A stretch of 64,000 nucleotides of DNA. Origin: Macrostomum hystrix (taxonomy: Eukaryota; Animalia; Platyhelminthes). Where the stretch lies: NCBI GenBank assembly GCA_950097015.1, contig CATNEN010000029.1, positions 6,448,001 to 6,512,000 on the forward strand. Direction: 5' to 3'. The notes beneath the pieces were generated by a model. The model was not told where the DNA came from. It saw only the letters and a program-made list of their open reading frames with translations, and searched no databases. Position numbers and translations under genes: made by a program. Numbering within the stretch: position 1 is the first letter of the stretch; each line of letters begins with the position of its first letter. Of this stretch, positions 45,150-58,414 are shown piece after piece.

Positions 45150-45425
45150 TTATTGGGCCAAATGTGCAGCCGACAACAAAGCCGCAGATCTGAAGGCATT
45201 CGGCTCTTCAGTCCATGGACTCGGGAGACGCCACACCCACCCTCAATTACCCCAACTGATGCTGGTACCCATTTAAAATATGAGAGAAACTGAAGCTAAG
45301 TTTCTAAGAAAGTTTTCTAAGAAGTTAAGTATCTTGCTAAAGGACACATTGTTCCAGTGGTGTGTGGGGAATCGAACCCTCGACCTTCAAGTCGTGAGTT
45401 CGAACCGCACTAACTACTTGGCTAC
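45150..45425 (-). mobile_element. SINE family A, near full length
   Basis: Minus strand reads TAGCCAAGTAGTTAG..GGGTTCGATTCCC..CCTTTAGCAAGA..AAATGGGTACCAGCA..GTCCATGGACTGAA. Confidence 0.82.
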
Positions 45426-45534
45426 AATCACCCAGGGCTACAACCCCCATTTTTTATTGAAAAATTGTGAAAGCAGGGCGTTGATTTTCGAAAACTTGCC
45501 TCAACGATGATGCAATAGCTTTCACTTGATGAAG

Positions 45535-45782
45535 GGGGGTGGTAGCCTTGCGGTTAGAGAACCGGACTCACGACTTGAAAGTCGGAGTTTGATTTCTGAC
45601 TCCACTGGAACAATTTTGTCCTTTAGCAAGACACTTTTCCCGTACATTAAAGAATGGGTGTGACGTGCCCCAGTCCATGGACTGAACAGCTATACGCAGC
45701 TTTTAGATGCGCCGCAGAATAGCTGCGGCTGTGCTGTCGGCTGCACATCGGGCAGGTTTAATAAATTATCAATTATTATTAC
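45535..45782 (+). mobile_element. SINE family A with an internal deletion, head-to-head with the previous copy
   Basis: GGTAGCCTTGCGGTTAGAG..CCTTTAGCAAGACACTTT..GTCCATGGACTGAACAGC..GCTGCACATC and an ATT tail. Confidence 0.8.
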
Positions 45783-45889
45783 TTGATGAAATATTTTATG
45801 AAACGGAAAAATTTGAATACGACGAAGAATTTCTAATGCTATTATCCCGTAGGAAAACTAAGGGTCAAGAACCCCCCAAACAAGCCCCC

Positions 45890-45990
45890 AAGCCTTCTCT
45901 ACGCGGCTACGCACAAAAATAATGTGGCCTCGCTGCGGATTCGAGCTCGGGTACCTTGTTGCGAGAGCCGGACGCGTTTCCGCAGCATCT
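45890..45990 (-). mobile_element. SINE family B copy
   Basis: TGTGGCCTCGCTGCGGATTCGAGCTCGGG matches the copies at 24580 and 36480. Confidence 0.65.
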
Positions 45991-46941
45991 CTCGCCCCCT
46001 CTCTCTCCTTTGTATTTTGCTGTGCCCTCCTCTTCCAGAAGCAATTATCAACTTAGACGAAGGAATCGCACAAAATTAAACTGTTGATTTTTGCAACAAC
46101 TTCTCTGAAGCGGTGAATTGGAGAAATGCAGTCCTAGCGCTTGAGTCCAACAGAGCGCGCTGAGTAGGGGGTTGGGGTGGGCTTGCGGCTAATATTCTCA
46201 GCGCAGCAATCATCGCGTGAGAGACTCTTGAGGGAAAAGATCAGAGAGACCCAGGAGAGGCACCTGCGATGCCGCCAATCCGTGCGCTAAAATAACAGTA
46301 GACAGAGCGAGGGAGCGAGAGAAGTCTTCGGAGAGCAGAAATCCTCATTTCTGGTGGAGGATTCGAGATTGAAAAATAACGGGATGAGGAGAACCAGGGG
46401 AAGGGAATAGAAAGGGATGGGACAGGCTTGTGAAAGAATCAGCGCCAGAGGAGAGTCGCGTGTCGGGCCGAATAGATCCCGACGCGGCTGATAATCCGTC
46501 AGGAAGTTTGAGCTGAGTTGGCCCGCCCCACACCGTCATCCGGCCACGGCCGGTGAAGACTGGCGTACGGAGACTGCAGAGAAATTAATTGCCAGAGACG
46601 GGCAGGAAGCCTGTCATGCCAGCCTTTTTGCTCTGCACATCTATGAAGCCAGACACCTTGTCGCGTGGACTCCCTGATCCCCTGATCCATGCAGCCAGCG
46701 CCTCTAGTTATACGGCGGTAGGCAGGGTGTCTTATATCCGATTGTGTGCCATGGAGCATCCGCTCACAAGGCACTGTCTGGCCGGGGGGGGTGGTCGCTG
46801 ATCTGCGCGTGACTACAATTGATGGCGGCCTTGAAGTTATGAGAGCTCGTTTGAGCCCACTACCGTGGACTTCCGCTTGTTTGAATTTTGCGAACGCTAC
46901 TTCATATGCGCAACAGAGTCTGAGGAGTAACTGAGTAGCTT

Positions 46942-49900
46942 GTAACTCTACTACTATATTATGGTTCTTGCCTCTCAGACTAGTAAATCTACTACTATAA
47001 TATGGTCCTTGCCTCTCAGACTAGTAACTCTACTACTATATTATGGTTCTTGCCTCTCAGACTAGCAAATCTACTACTATAGTGTGGTCCTTGCCTCAGA
47101 CTAGTAAATCTACTACTATATTATGGTTCTTGCCTCTCAGACTAGTAAATCTACTACTATATTATGGTTCTCGCCTCTCAGACTAGTAAATCTACTACTA
47201 TAGTGTGGTCCTTGCCTCAGACTAGTAAATCTACTACTATATTATGGTTCTTGCCTCTCAGACTAGTAAATCTACTACTATAGTGTGGTCCTTGCCTCAG
47301 ACTAGTAAATCTACTACTATATTATGGTTCTTGCCTCTCAGACTAGTAAATCTACTACTATAGTGTGGTCCTTGCCTCTCAGACTAGTAACTCTACTACT
47401 ATAGTGTGGTCCTTGCCTCTCAGACTAGAAAATCTACTACTATAGTGTGGTCCTTGCCTCAGACTAGTAAATCTACTACTATATTATGGTTCTTGCCTCT
47501 CAGACTAGTAAATCTACTACTATAGTGTGGTCCTTGCCTCAGACTAGTAAATATACTACTATAGTGTGGTCCTTGCCCCTCAGACTAGTAAATCTACTAC
47601 TATATTATGGTTCTTGCCTCAGACTAGTAAATCTACTACTATATTATGGTTCTTGCCTCTCAGACTAGTAAATCTACTACTATAGTGTGGTCCTTGCCTC
47701 TCAGACTAGTAACTCTACTACTATAGTGTGGTCCTTGCCTCTCAGACTAGTAACTCTACTACTATAGTGTGGTCCTTGCCTCTCAGACTAGTAAATATAC
47801 TACTATAGTGTGGTCCTTGCCTCTCAGACTAGTAAATCTACTACTATAGTGTGGTCCTTGCCTCTCAGACTAGTAACTCTACTACTATAGTGTGGTCCTT
47901 GCCTCTCAGACTAGTAACTCTACTACTATAGTGTGGTCCTTGCCTCAGACTAGTAAATCTACTACTATATTATGGTTCTCGCCTCTCAGACTAGTAAATC
48001 TACTACTATAGTGTGGTCCTTGCCTCAGACTAGTAAATCTACTACTATATTATGGTTCTTGCCTCTCAGACTAGTAAATCTACTACTATAGTGTGGTCCT
48101 TGCCTCAGACTAGTAAATATACTACTATAGTGTGGTCCTTGCCTCTCAGACTAGTAACTCTACTACTATAGTGTGGTCCTTGCCTCAGACTAGTAAATCT
48201 ACTACTATATTATGGTTCTTGCCTCTCAGACTAGTAATTCTACTACTATAGTGTGGTCCTTGCCTCTCAGACTAGAAAATCTACTACTATAGTGTGGTCC
48301 TTGCCTCAGACTAGTAAATCTACTACTATATTATGGTTCTTGCCTCTCAGACTAGTAAATCTACTACTATAGTGTGGTCCTTGCCTCAGACTAGTAAATA
48401 TACTACTATAGTGTGGTCCTTGCCTCTCAGACTAGTAAATCTACTACTATAGTGTGGTCCTTGCCTCTCAGACTAGCAAATCTACTACTATAGTGTGGTC
48501 CTTGCCTCTCAGACTAGTAAATCTACTACTATAGTGTGGTCCTTGCCTCTCAGACTAGTAAATATACTACTATAGTGTGGTCCTTGCCTCTCAGACTAGT
48601 AACTCTACTACTATAGTGTGGTCCTTGCCTCTCAGACTAGTAAATCTACTACTATAGTGTGGTCCTTGCCTCTCAGACTAGTAAATATACTACTATAGTG
48701 TGGTCCTTGCCTCTCAGACTAGTAACTCTACTACTATAGTGTGGTCCTTGCCTCTCAGACTAGTAACTCTACTACTATAGTGTGGTCCTTGCCTCTCAGA
48801 CTAGTAACTCTACTACTATAGTGTGGTCCTTGCCTCTCAGACTAGTAAATCTACTACTATAGTGTGGTCCTTGCCTCTCAGACTAGTAACTCTACTACTA
48901 TAGTGTGGTCCTTGCCTCTCAGACTAGCAAATCTACTACTATAGTGTGGTCCTTGCCTCTCAGACTAGTAAATCTACTACTATAGTGTGGTCCTTGCCTC
49001 TCAGACTAGCAAATCTACTACTATATTATGGTCCTTGCCTCTCAGACTAGCAAATCTACTACTATAGTGTGGTCCTTGCCTCTCAGACTAGTAACTCTAC
49101 TACTATATTATGGTCCTTGCCTCTCAGACTAGTAAATATACTACTATAGTGTGGTCCTTGCCTCTCAGACTAGTAACTCTACTACTATAGTGTGGTCCTT
49201 GCCTCTCAGACTAGTAACTCTACTACTATAGTGTGGTCCTTGCCTCTCAGACTAGTAAATATACTACTATAGTGTGGTCCTTGCCTCTCAGACTAGTAAA
49301 TCTACTACTATAGTGTGGTCCTTGCCTCTCAGACTAGTAACTCTACTACTATAGTGTGGTTCTTGCCTCTCAGACTAGTAAATATACTACTATAGTGTGG
49401 TCCTTGCCTCTCAGACTAGTAAATATACTACTATAGTGTGGTCCTTGCCTCTCAGACTAGTAACTCTACTACTATAGTGTGGTCCTTGCCTCAGACTAGT
49501 AAATCTACTACTATATTATGGTCCTTGCCTCTCAGACTAGTAAATCTACTACTATAGTGTGGTCCTTGCCTCTCAGACTAGTAAATATACTACTATAGTG
49601 TGGTCCTTGCCTCTCAGACTAGTAAATCTACTACTATAGTGTGGTCCTTGCCTCTCAGACTAGTAACTCTACTACTATAGTGTGGTCCTTGCCTCAGACT
49701 AGTAACTCTACTACTATATTATGGTCCTTGCCTCTCAGACTAGCAAATCTACTACTATAGTGTGGTCCTTGCCTCTCAGACTAGAAATCTACTACTATAG
49801 TGTGGTCCTTGCCTCTCAGACTAGTAACTCTACTACTATAGTGTGGTCCTTGCCTCTCAGACTAGTAACTCTACTACTATATTATGGTCCTTGCCTCTCA

Positions 49901-52900
49901 GACTAGCAAATCTACTACTATAGTGTGGTCCTTGCCTCTCAGACTAGAAAATCTACTACTATAGTGTGGTCCTTGCCTCTCAGACTAGTAACTCTACTAC
50001 TATAGTGTGGTCCTTGCCTCAGACTAGTAAATATACTACTATAGTGTGGTTCTTGCCTCTCAGACTAGTAAATATACTACTATAGTGTGGTCCTTGCCTC
50101 TCAGAACTAGTAAATCTACTACTATAGTGTGGTCCTTGCCTCTCAGACTAGTAAATCTACTACTATAGTGTGGTCCTTGCCTCTCAGACTAGTAAATCTA
50201 CTACTATAGTGTGGTCCTTGCCTCTCAGACTAGTAAATCTACTACTATAGTGTGGTCCTTGCCTCAGACTAGCAAATCTACTACTATATTATGGTTCTTG
50301 CCTCTCAGACTAGTAAATATACTACTATAGTGTGGTCCTTGCCTCTCAGACTAGTAACTCTACTACTATAGTGTGGTCCTTGCCTCTCAGACTAGCAAAT
50401 ATACTACTATAGTGTGGTCCTTGCCTCAGACTAGTAAATCTACTACTATATTATGGTTCTCGCCTCTCAGACTAGTAAATCTACTACTATAGTGTGGTCC
50501 TTGCCTCAGACTAGTAAATCTACTACTATATTATGGTTCTTGCCTCTCAGACTAGTAAATCTACTACTATAGTGTGGTCCTTGCCTCAGACTAGTAAATA
50601 TACTACTATAGTGTGGTCCTTGCCTCTCAGACTAGTAACTCTACTACTATAGTGTGGGTCCTGCCTCAGACTAGTAAATCTACTACTATATTATGGTTCT
50701 TGCCTCTCAGACTAGTAAATCTACTACTATAGTGTGGTCCCTTGCCTCTCAGACTAGAAAATCTACTACTATCGTGTGGTCCTTGCCTCAGACTAGTAAA
50801 TCTACTACTATATTATGGTTCTTGCCTCTCAGACTAGTAAATCTACTACTATAGTGTGGTCCTTGCCTCAGAACTAGTAAATATACTACTATAGTGTGGT
50901 CCTTGCCTCTCAGACTAGTAAATCTACTACTATAGTGTGGTCCTTGCCTCTCAGACTAGCAAATCTACTACTATAGTGTGGTCCTTGCCTCTCAGACTAG
51001 TAACTCTACTACTATATATGTCCTTGCCTCTCAGACTAGTAAATCTACTACTATAGTGTGGTCCTTGCCTCTCAGACTAGCAAATCTACTACTATATATG
51101 TGGTCCTTGCCTCTCAGACTAGCAAATCTACTACTATAGTGTGGTCCTTGCCTCTCAGACTAGTAAACTACTACTATAGTGTGGTCCTTGCCTCTCAGAC
51201 TAGTAACTCTACTACTATAGTGTGGTCTTGCTCTCAGACTACGTAAATCTACTACTATAGTGTGGTCCTTGCCTCAGACTAGTAACTATACTACTATAGT
51301 GTGGTCCTTGCCTCTCAGACTAGTAAATCTACTACTATATGTGGTCCTTGCCTCTCAGACTAGAAAATCTACTACTATAGTGTGGTCCTTGCCTCAGACT
51401 AGTAATCTACTACTATATTATGGGTTCTTGCTCTCAGACTAGTAAATATACTACTATAGTGTGGTCCTTGCCTCTCAGACTAGTAAATATACTACTATAG
51501 TGTGGTCCTTGCCTCTCAGACTAGTAACTCTACTACTATAGTGTGGTCCTTGCCTCTCAGACTAGTAAATCTACTACTATAGTGTGGTCCTTGCCTCTCA
51601 GACTAGTAAATCTACTACTATAGTGTGGTCCTTGCCTCTCAGACTAGTAAATATACTACTATAGTGTGGTCCTTGCCTCTCAGACTAGTAAATATACTAC
51701 TATAGTGTGGTCCTTGCCTCTCAGACTAGTAAATCTACTACTATAGTGTGGTCCTTGCCTCAGACTAGCAAATCTACTACTATATTATGGTTCTTGCCTC
51801 TCAGACTAGTAAATATACTACTATAGTGTGGTCCTTGCCTCTCAGACTAGTAAATATACTACTATAGTGTGGTCCTTGCCTCTCAGACTAGTAAACTCTA
51901 CTACTATAGTGTGGTCCTTGCCTCTCAGACTAGCAAATATACTACTATAGTGTGGTCCTTGCCTCAGACTAGTAAATCTACTACTATAGTGTGGTCCTTG
52001 CCTCTCAGACTAGTAAATCTACTACTATAGTGTGGTCCTTGCCTCTCAGACTAGTAACTCTACTACTATAGTGTGGTCCTTGCCTCTCAGACTAGTAACT
52101 CTACTACTATAGTGTGGTCCTTGCCTCTCAGACTAGTAAATCTACTACTATAGTGTGGTCCTTGCCTCTCAGACTAGTAAACTATACTACTATAGTGTGG
52201 TCCTTGCCTCTCAGACTAGTAACTCTACTACTATAGTGTGGTCCTTGCCTCTCAGACTAGTAACTCTACTACTATAGTGTGGTCCTTGCCTCTCAGACTA
52301 GTAAATCTACTACTATATTATGGTCCTTGCCTCTCAGACTAGTAACTCTACTACTATAGTGTGGTCCTTGCCTCTCAGACTAGTAAACTCTACTACTATA
52401 GTGTGGTCCTTGCCTCTCAGACTAGTAAATCTACTACTATAGTGTGGTCCTTGCCTCTCAGACTAGCAACTACTATATTATGGTCCTTCCGCCTCTCAGA
52501 CTAGTAACTCTACTACTATAGTGTGGTCCTTGCCTCTCAGACTAGTAACTCTACTACTATAGTGTGGTCCTTGCCTCAGACTAGTAACTCTACTACTATA
52601 GTGTGGTCCTTGCCTCTCAGACTAGTAAATCTACTACTATAGTGTGGTCCTTGCCCTCTCAGACTAGCAAATCTACTACTATATTATGGTTCCTTGCTCT
52701 CAGACTAGTAAATCTACTACTATAGTGTGATCCTTGCCTCTCAGACTAGTAAATATACTACTATAGTGGTGATCCTTGCCTCTCAGACTAGTAACTCTAC
52801 TTAATATAGTGTGGTCCTTGCCTCAGACTAGTAAATCTACTACTATAGAATGTGGTCCTTTGCCTCCAGACTAGTAACTCTACTACTATAGTGTGGTCCT

Positions 52901-55900
52901 TGCCTCTCAGACTAGTAAATCTACTACTATAGTGTGGTCCTTGCCTCTCAGACTAGTAACTCTACTACTATAGTGTGGTCCTTGCCTCTCAGACTAGTAA
53001 ATCTACTACTATAGTGTGGTCCTTGCCTCTCAGACTAGTAAATATACTACTATAGTGTGGTCCTTGCCTCTCAGACTAGTAAATCTACTACTATAGTGTG
53101 GTCCTTGCCTCTCAGACTAGTAAATCTACTACTATAGTGTGGTCCTTGCCTCTCAGACTAGTAAATCTACTACTATAGTGTGGTCCTTGCCTCTCAGACT
53201 AGTAAATCTACTACTATAGTGTGGTCCTTGCCTCTCAGACTAGTAAATATACTACTATAGTGTGGTCCTTGCCTCTCAGACTAGTAAATCTACTACTATA
53301 GTGTGGTCCTTGCCTCTCAGACTAGTAAATCTACTACTATAGTGTGGTCCTTGCCTCTCAGACTAGTAAATCTACTACTATAGTGTGGTCTTGCCTCTCA
53401 GACTAGTAAATCTACTACTATAGTGTGGTCCTTGCCTCTCAGACTAGTAAATATACTACTATAGTGTGGTCCTTGCCTCTCAGACTAGTAAATCTACTAC
53501 TATAGTGTGGTCCTTGCCTCTCAGACTAGTAAATCTACTACTATAGTGTGGTCCTTGCCTCTCAGACTAGTAAATATACTACTATAGTGTGGTCCTTGCC
53601 TCTCAGACTAGTAAATCTACTACTATAGTGTGGTCCTTGCCTCTCAGACTAGCAAATCTACTACTATAGTGTGGTCCTTGCCTCTCAGACTAGTAAATCT
53701 ACTACTATAGTGTGGTCCTTGCCTCTCAGACTAGTAAATATACTACTATAGTGTGGTCCTTGCCTCTCAGACTAGTAACTCTACTACTATAGTGTGGTCC
53801 TTGCCTCTCAGACTAGTAAATCTACTACTATAGTGTGGTCCTTGCCTCAGACTAGTAAATCTACTACTATAGTGTGGTCCTTGCCTCTCAGACTAGTAAA
53901 TCTACTACTATAGTGTGGTCCTTGCCTCTCAGACTAGTAAATCTACTACTATAGTGTGGTCCTTGCCTCTCAGACTAGTAACTCTACTACTATAGTGTGG
54001 TGTCCTTGCCTCAGACTAGTAAATCTACTACTATAGTGTGGTCCTTGCCTCTCAGACTAGTAAATATACTACTATAGTGTGATCCTTGCCTCTCAGACTA
54101 GTAACTCTACTACTATAGTGTGGTCCTTGCCTCTCAGACTAGTAACTCTACTACTATAGTGTGGTCCTTGCCTCTCAGACTAGTAAATCTACTACTATAG
54201 TATGGTCCTTGCCTCTCAGACTAGTAAATCTACTACTATAGTGTGATCCTTGCCTCTCAGACTAGTAAATCTACTACTATAGTGTGGTCCTTGCCTCTCA
54301 GACTAGTAACTCTACTACTATAGTGTGGTCCTTGCCTCTCAGACTAGCAAATCTACTACTATATTATGGTCCTTGCCTCTCAGACTAGTAACTCTACTAC
54401 TATAGTGTGGTCCTTGCCTCTCAGACTAGTAACTCTACTACTATAGTGTGGTCCTTGCCTCTCAGACTAGTAACTCTACTACTATAGTGTGGTCCTTGCC
54501 TCTCAGACTAGTAACTCTACTACTATATTATGGATCTTGCCTCTCAGACTAGCAAATCTACTACTATATTATGGTTCTTGCCTCTCAGACTAGTAACTCT
54601 ACTACTATAGTGTGGTCCTTGCCTCTCAGACTAGTAAATATACTACTATAGTGTGGTCCTTGCCTCTCAGACTAGTAAATCTACTACTATAGTGTGGTCC
54701 TTGCCCTCAGACTAGTAAATCTACTACTATAGTGTGGTCCTTGCCTCTCAGACTAGTAACTCTACTACTATAGTGTGGTCCTTGCCTCTCAGACTAGTAA
54801 ATCTACTACTATAGTGTGGTCCTTGCCTCTCAGACTAGTAAATCTACTACTATAGTGTGGTCCTTGCCTCTCAGACTAGTAAATCTACTACTATATTATG
54901 GTTCTCGCCTCTCAGACTAGTAACTCTACTACTATAGTGTGGTCCTTGCCTCAGACTAGTAAATCTACTACTATAGTGTGGTCCTTGCCTCTCAGACTAG
55001 TAACTCTACTACTATATTATGGTTCTCGCCTCTCAGACTAGTAACTCTACTACTATAGTGTGGTTCTTGCCTCTCAGACTAGTAACTCTACTACTATAGT
55101 GTGGTCCTTGCCTCTCAGACTAGTAAATCTACTACTATAGTGTGGTCCTTGCCTCTCAGACTAGTAACTCTACTACTATAGTGTGGTCCTTGCCTCTCAG
55201 ACTAGTAAATCTACTACTATAGTGTGGTCCTTGCCTCTCAGACTAGTAAATATACTACTATAGTGTGATCCTTGCCTCTCAGACTAGTAAATCTACTACT
55301 ATATTATGGTCCTTGCCTCTCAGACTAGTAACTCTACTACTATAGTGTGGTCCTTGCCTCTCAGACTAGTAACTCTACTACTATAGTGTGGTCCTTGCCT
55401 CTTAGACTAGTAAATATACTACTATAGTGTGGTCCTTGCCTCTCAGACTAGTAAATATACTACTATAGTGTGGTCCTTGCCTCTCAGACTAGTAAATATA
55501 CTACTATAGTGTGATCCTTGCCTCTCAGACTAGTAAATCTACTACTATAGTGTGGTCCTTGCCTCTTAGACTAGTAAATATACTACTATAGTGTGGTCCT
55601 TGCCTCTCAGACTAGTAACTCTACTACTATAGTGTGGTCCTTGCCTCTCAGACTAGTAACTCTACTACTATAGTGTGGTCCTTGCCTCTCAGACTAGTAA
55701 ATCTACTACTATAGTGTGGTCCTTGCCTCTCAGACTAGTAAATCTACTACTATAGTGTGGTCCTTGCCTCTCAGACTAGTAAATCTACTACTATAGTGTG
55801 GTCCTTGCCTCTCAGACTAGTAAATATACTACTATAGTGTGATCCTTGCCTCTCAGACTAGTAAATCTACTACTATATTATGGTCCTTGCCTCTCAGACT

Positions 55901-57535
55901 AGTAACTCTACTACTATAGTGTGGTCCTTGCCTCTCAGACTAGTAACTCTACTACTATAGTGTGGTCCTTGCCTCTTAGACTAGTAAATATACTACTATA
56001 GTGTGGTCCTTGCCTCTCAGACTAGTAAATATACTACTATAGTGTGATCCTTGCCTCTCAGACTAGTAAATCTACTACTATAGTGTGGTCCTTGCCTCTT
56101 AGACTAGTAAATATACTACTATAGTGTGGTCCTTGCCTCTCAGACTAGTAACTCTACTACTATAGTGTGGTCCTTGCCTCTCAGACTAGTAAATATACTA
56201 CTATAGTGTGGTCCTTGCCTCTCAGACTAGTAAATCTACTACTATAGTGTGGTCCTTGCCTCTCAGACTAGTAAATCTACTACTATAGTGTGGTCCTTGC
56301 CTCTCAGACTAGTAAATCTACTACTATAGTGTGGTCCTTGCCTCTCAGACTAGTAAATCTACTACTATAGTGTGGTCCTTGCCTCTCAGACTAGTAAATC
56401 TACTACTATAGTGTGGTCCTTGCCTCTCAGACTAGTAAATATACTACTATAGTGTGGTCCTTGCCTCTCAGACTAGTAAATCTACTACTATAGTGTGGTC
56501 CTTGCCTCTCAGACTAGTAAATCTACTACTATAGTGTGGTCCTTGCCTCTCAGACTAGTAAATCTATTACTATAGTGTGGTCCTTGCCTCTCAGACTAGT
56601 AAATCTACTACTATAGTGTGGTCCTTGCCTCTTAGACTAGTAAATATACTACTATAGTGTGATCCTTGCCTCTCAGACTAGTAAATATACTACTATAGTG
56701 TGGTCCTTGCCTCTCAGACTAGTAAATCTATTACTATATTATGGTTCTTGCCTCTCAGACTAGTAAATCTACTACTATAGTGTGGTCCTTGCCTCTTAGA
56801 CTAGTAAATATACTACTATAGTGTGATCCTTGCCTCTCAGACTAGTAAATATACTACTATAGTGTGGTCCTTGCCTCTTAGACTAGTAAATATACTACTA
56901 TAGTGTGGTCCTTGCCTCTCAGACTAGTAAATCTACTACTATATTATGGTTCTTGCCTCTCAGACTAGTAAATCTACTACTATATTATGGTTCTTGCCTC
57001 TCAGACTAGTAAATATACTACTATATTATGGTTCTTGCCTCTCAGACTAGTAACTCTACTACTATAGTGTGGTCCTTGCCTCTCAGACTAGTAAATATAC
57101 TACTATAGTGTGATCCTTGCCTCTCAGACTAGTAAATATACTACTATAGTGTGGTCCTTGCCTCTTAGACTAGTAAATATACTACTATAGTGTGGTCCTT
57201 GCCTCTCAGACTAGTAACTCTACTACTATAGTGTGGTCCTTGCCTCTCAGACTAGTAAATATACTACTATAGTGTGATCCTTGCCTCTCAGACTAGCAAA
57301 TCTATTACTATATTATGCTTCTTGCCTCTGAGACTAGTAACTCTACTACTATATTATGGATCTTGCCTCTCAGACTAGTAACTCTACTACTATAGTGTGG
57401 TCCTTGCCTCAGACTAGTAAATATACTACTATATTATGGTTCTTGCCTCTCAGACTAGTAAATCTACTACTATAGTGTGGTCCTTGCCTCTCAGACTAGT
57501 AAATCTACTACTATATTATGGTTCTTGCCTCTCAG
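46942..57535. repeat. 10.6-kb satellite array, 41-bp unit (ACTAGTAAATCTACTACTATAGTGTGGTCCTTGCCTCTCAG) with 39-bp variants, ~260 copies
   Basis: Continuous periodicity with a few recurring variant positions (AAATC/AACTC/AAATA; AGTGTGGTC/ATTATGGTT; CTCTCAG/CTCAG). Confidence 0.99.
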
Positions 57536-58414
57536 GTTATCCACTCATTACCCACTCATGAATGGCGGTGCGTGGCAGTAATTTCCTAATTTTTAATAGG
57601 TAACAAAATTGAGCAACAAAGATGAGTACAATTATGGAAAGGTTTTTCTTCTTGTCGTGAAGTCCCTGCTCAATTTAGTGTTTTTTACGTTATCTTGTTA
57701 GGGACTGTAGTTCCATTTTTATTATCTTTCGCACAGCCGCACAAGTTTTGTTTTACTTTTTGCTTAATTGAATTCATCTCGCCAAGGTCCGCATGAATTT
57801 ACTGGCTATTACTATAGCGAAAGAATTACAGAAAAAACGAGCAAATTCGCGCATGCTTCTGGCGGTACGTGACTTCGTGGTGAAACAGGGGTTGAGGACC
57901 GAGAAACTGAAGCTGTTCTGCACAGTTTTTTTAAGTTCACAAAAACTTACAGTGTGAAAAGTGCATGTACTGACATATTAAGCACTCTTATTTAGAATGC
58001 AAACTAAATATCAACTGCATGGTATTGGCTTGGCAATGGTAAGCTATTCGCTATGCAAGGCATGGTATTGATGTGTTTTTAGCTAACACCTTTTTGACAC
58101 CACGTCAAAAAGGGGCACAAATGTAACACGAAAAAGTGACTTACAAGAAGAAGTGAAACTGATTCACTGTGTATAATGCGTATAAACAGTGTGTGTGCGC
58201 CCTGGATGAAACTGGCACACAATGCGAGATTAAATCTCTAAAGCGGGGACTTGATCAGGTAAGACAAGCTGCAGCAGCTTTTCTATGATTTTTATCTCTT
58301 GTCAGAGCCATTCTAAACTAGCTTCTAGCCTGCTGGGTGCGGATTGGCCACACTGACAGCCAATCAGATCTTGTGCGGAGCACTGGACCAGGGGGTCCCT
58401 CAATTGACATACGC

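Noticed and set aside
45195-45225. Hammerhead-like CUGAAGA in a SINE copy (minus strand)
   Set aside because: No stem II followed by GAAA, and other copies read CTGAACA, so the core is not conserved.
46060-46935. GC-rich, exon-like stretch with several 60-90 aa ORFs, a candidate far-upstream PKA exon or separate gene
   Set aside because: No homology recognised and no unambiguous splice path could be built.
46942-57535. CRISPR-like appearance of the 41-bp array (and of the 25, 32 and 47-bp arrays)
   Set aside because: Units are contiguous with no unique spacers, no cas genes are present, and the context is an intron-rich eukaryotic genome.
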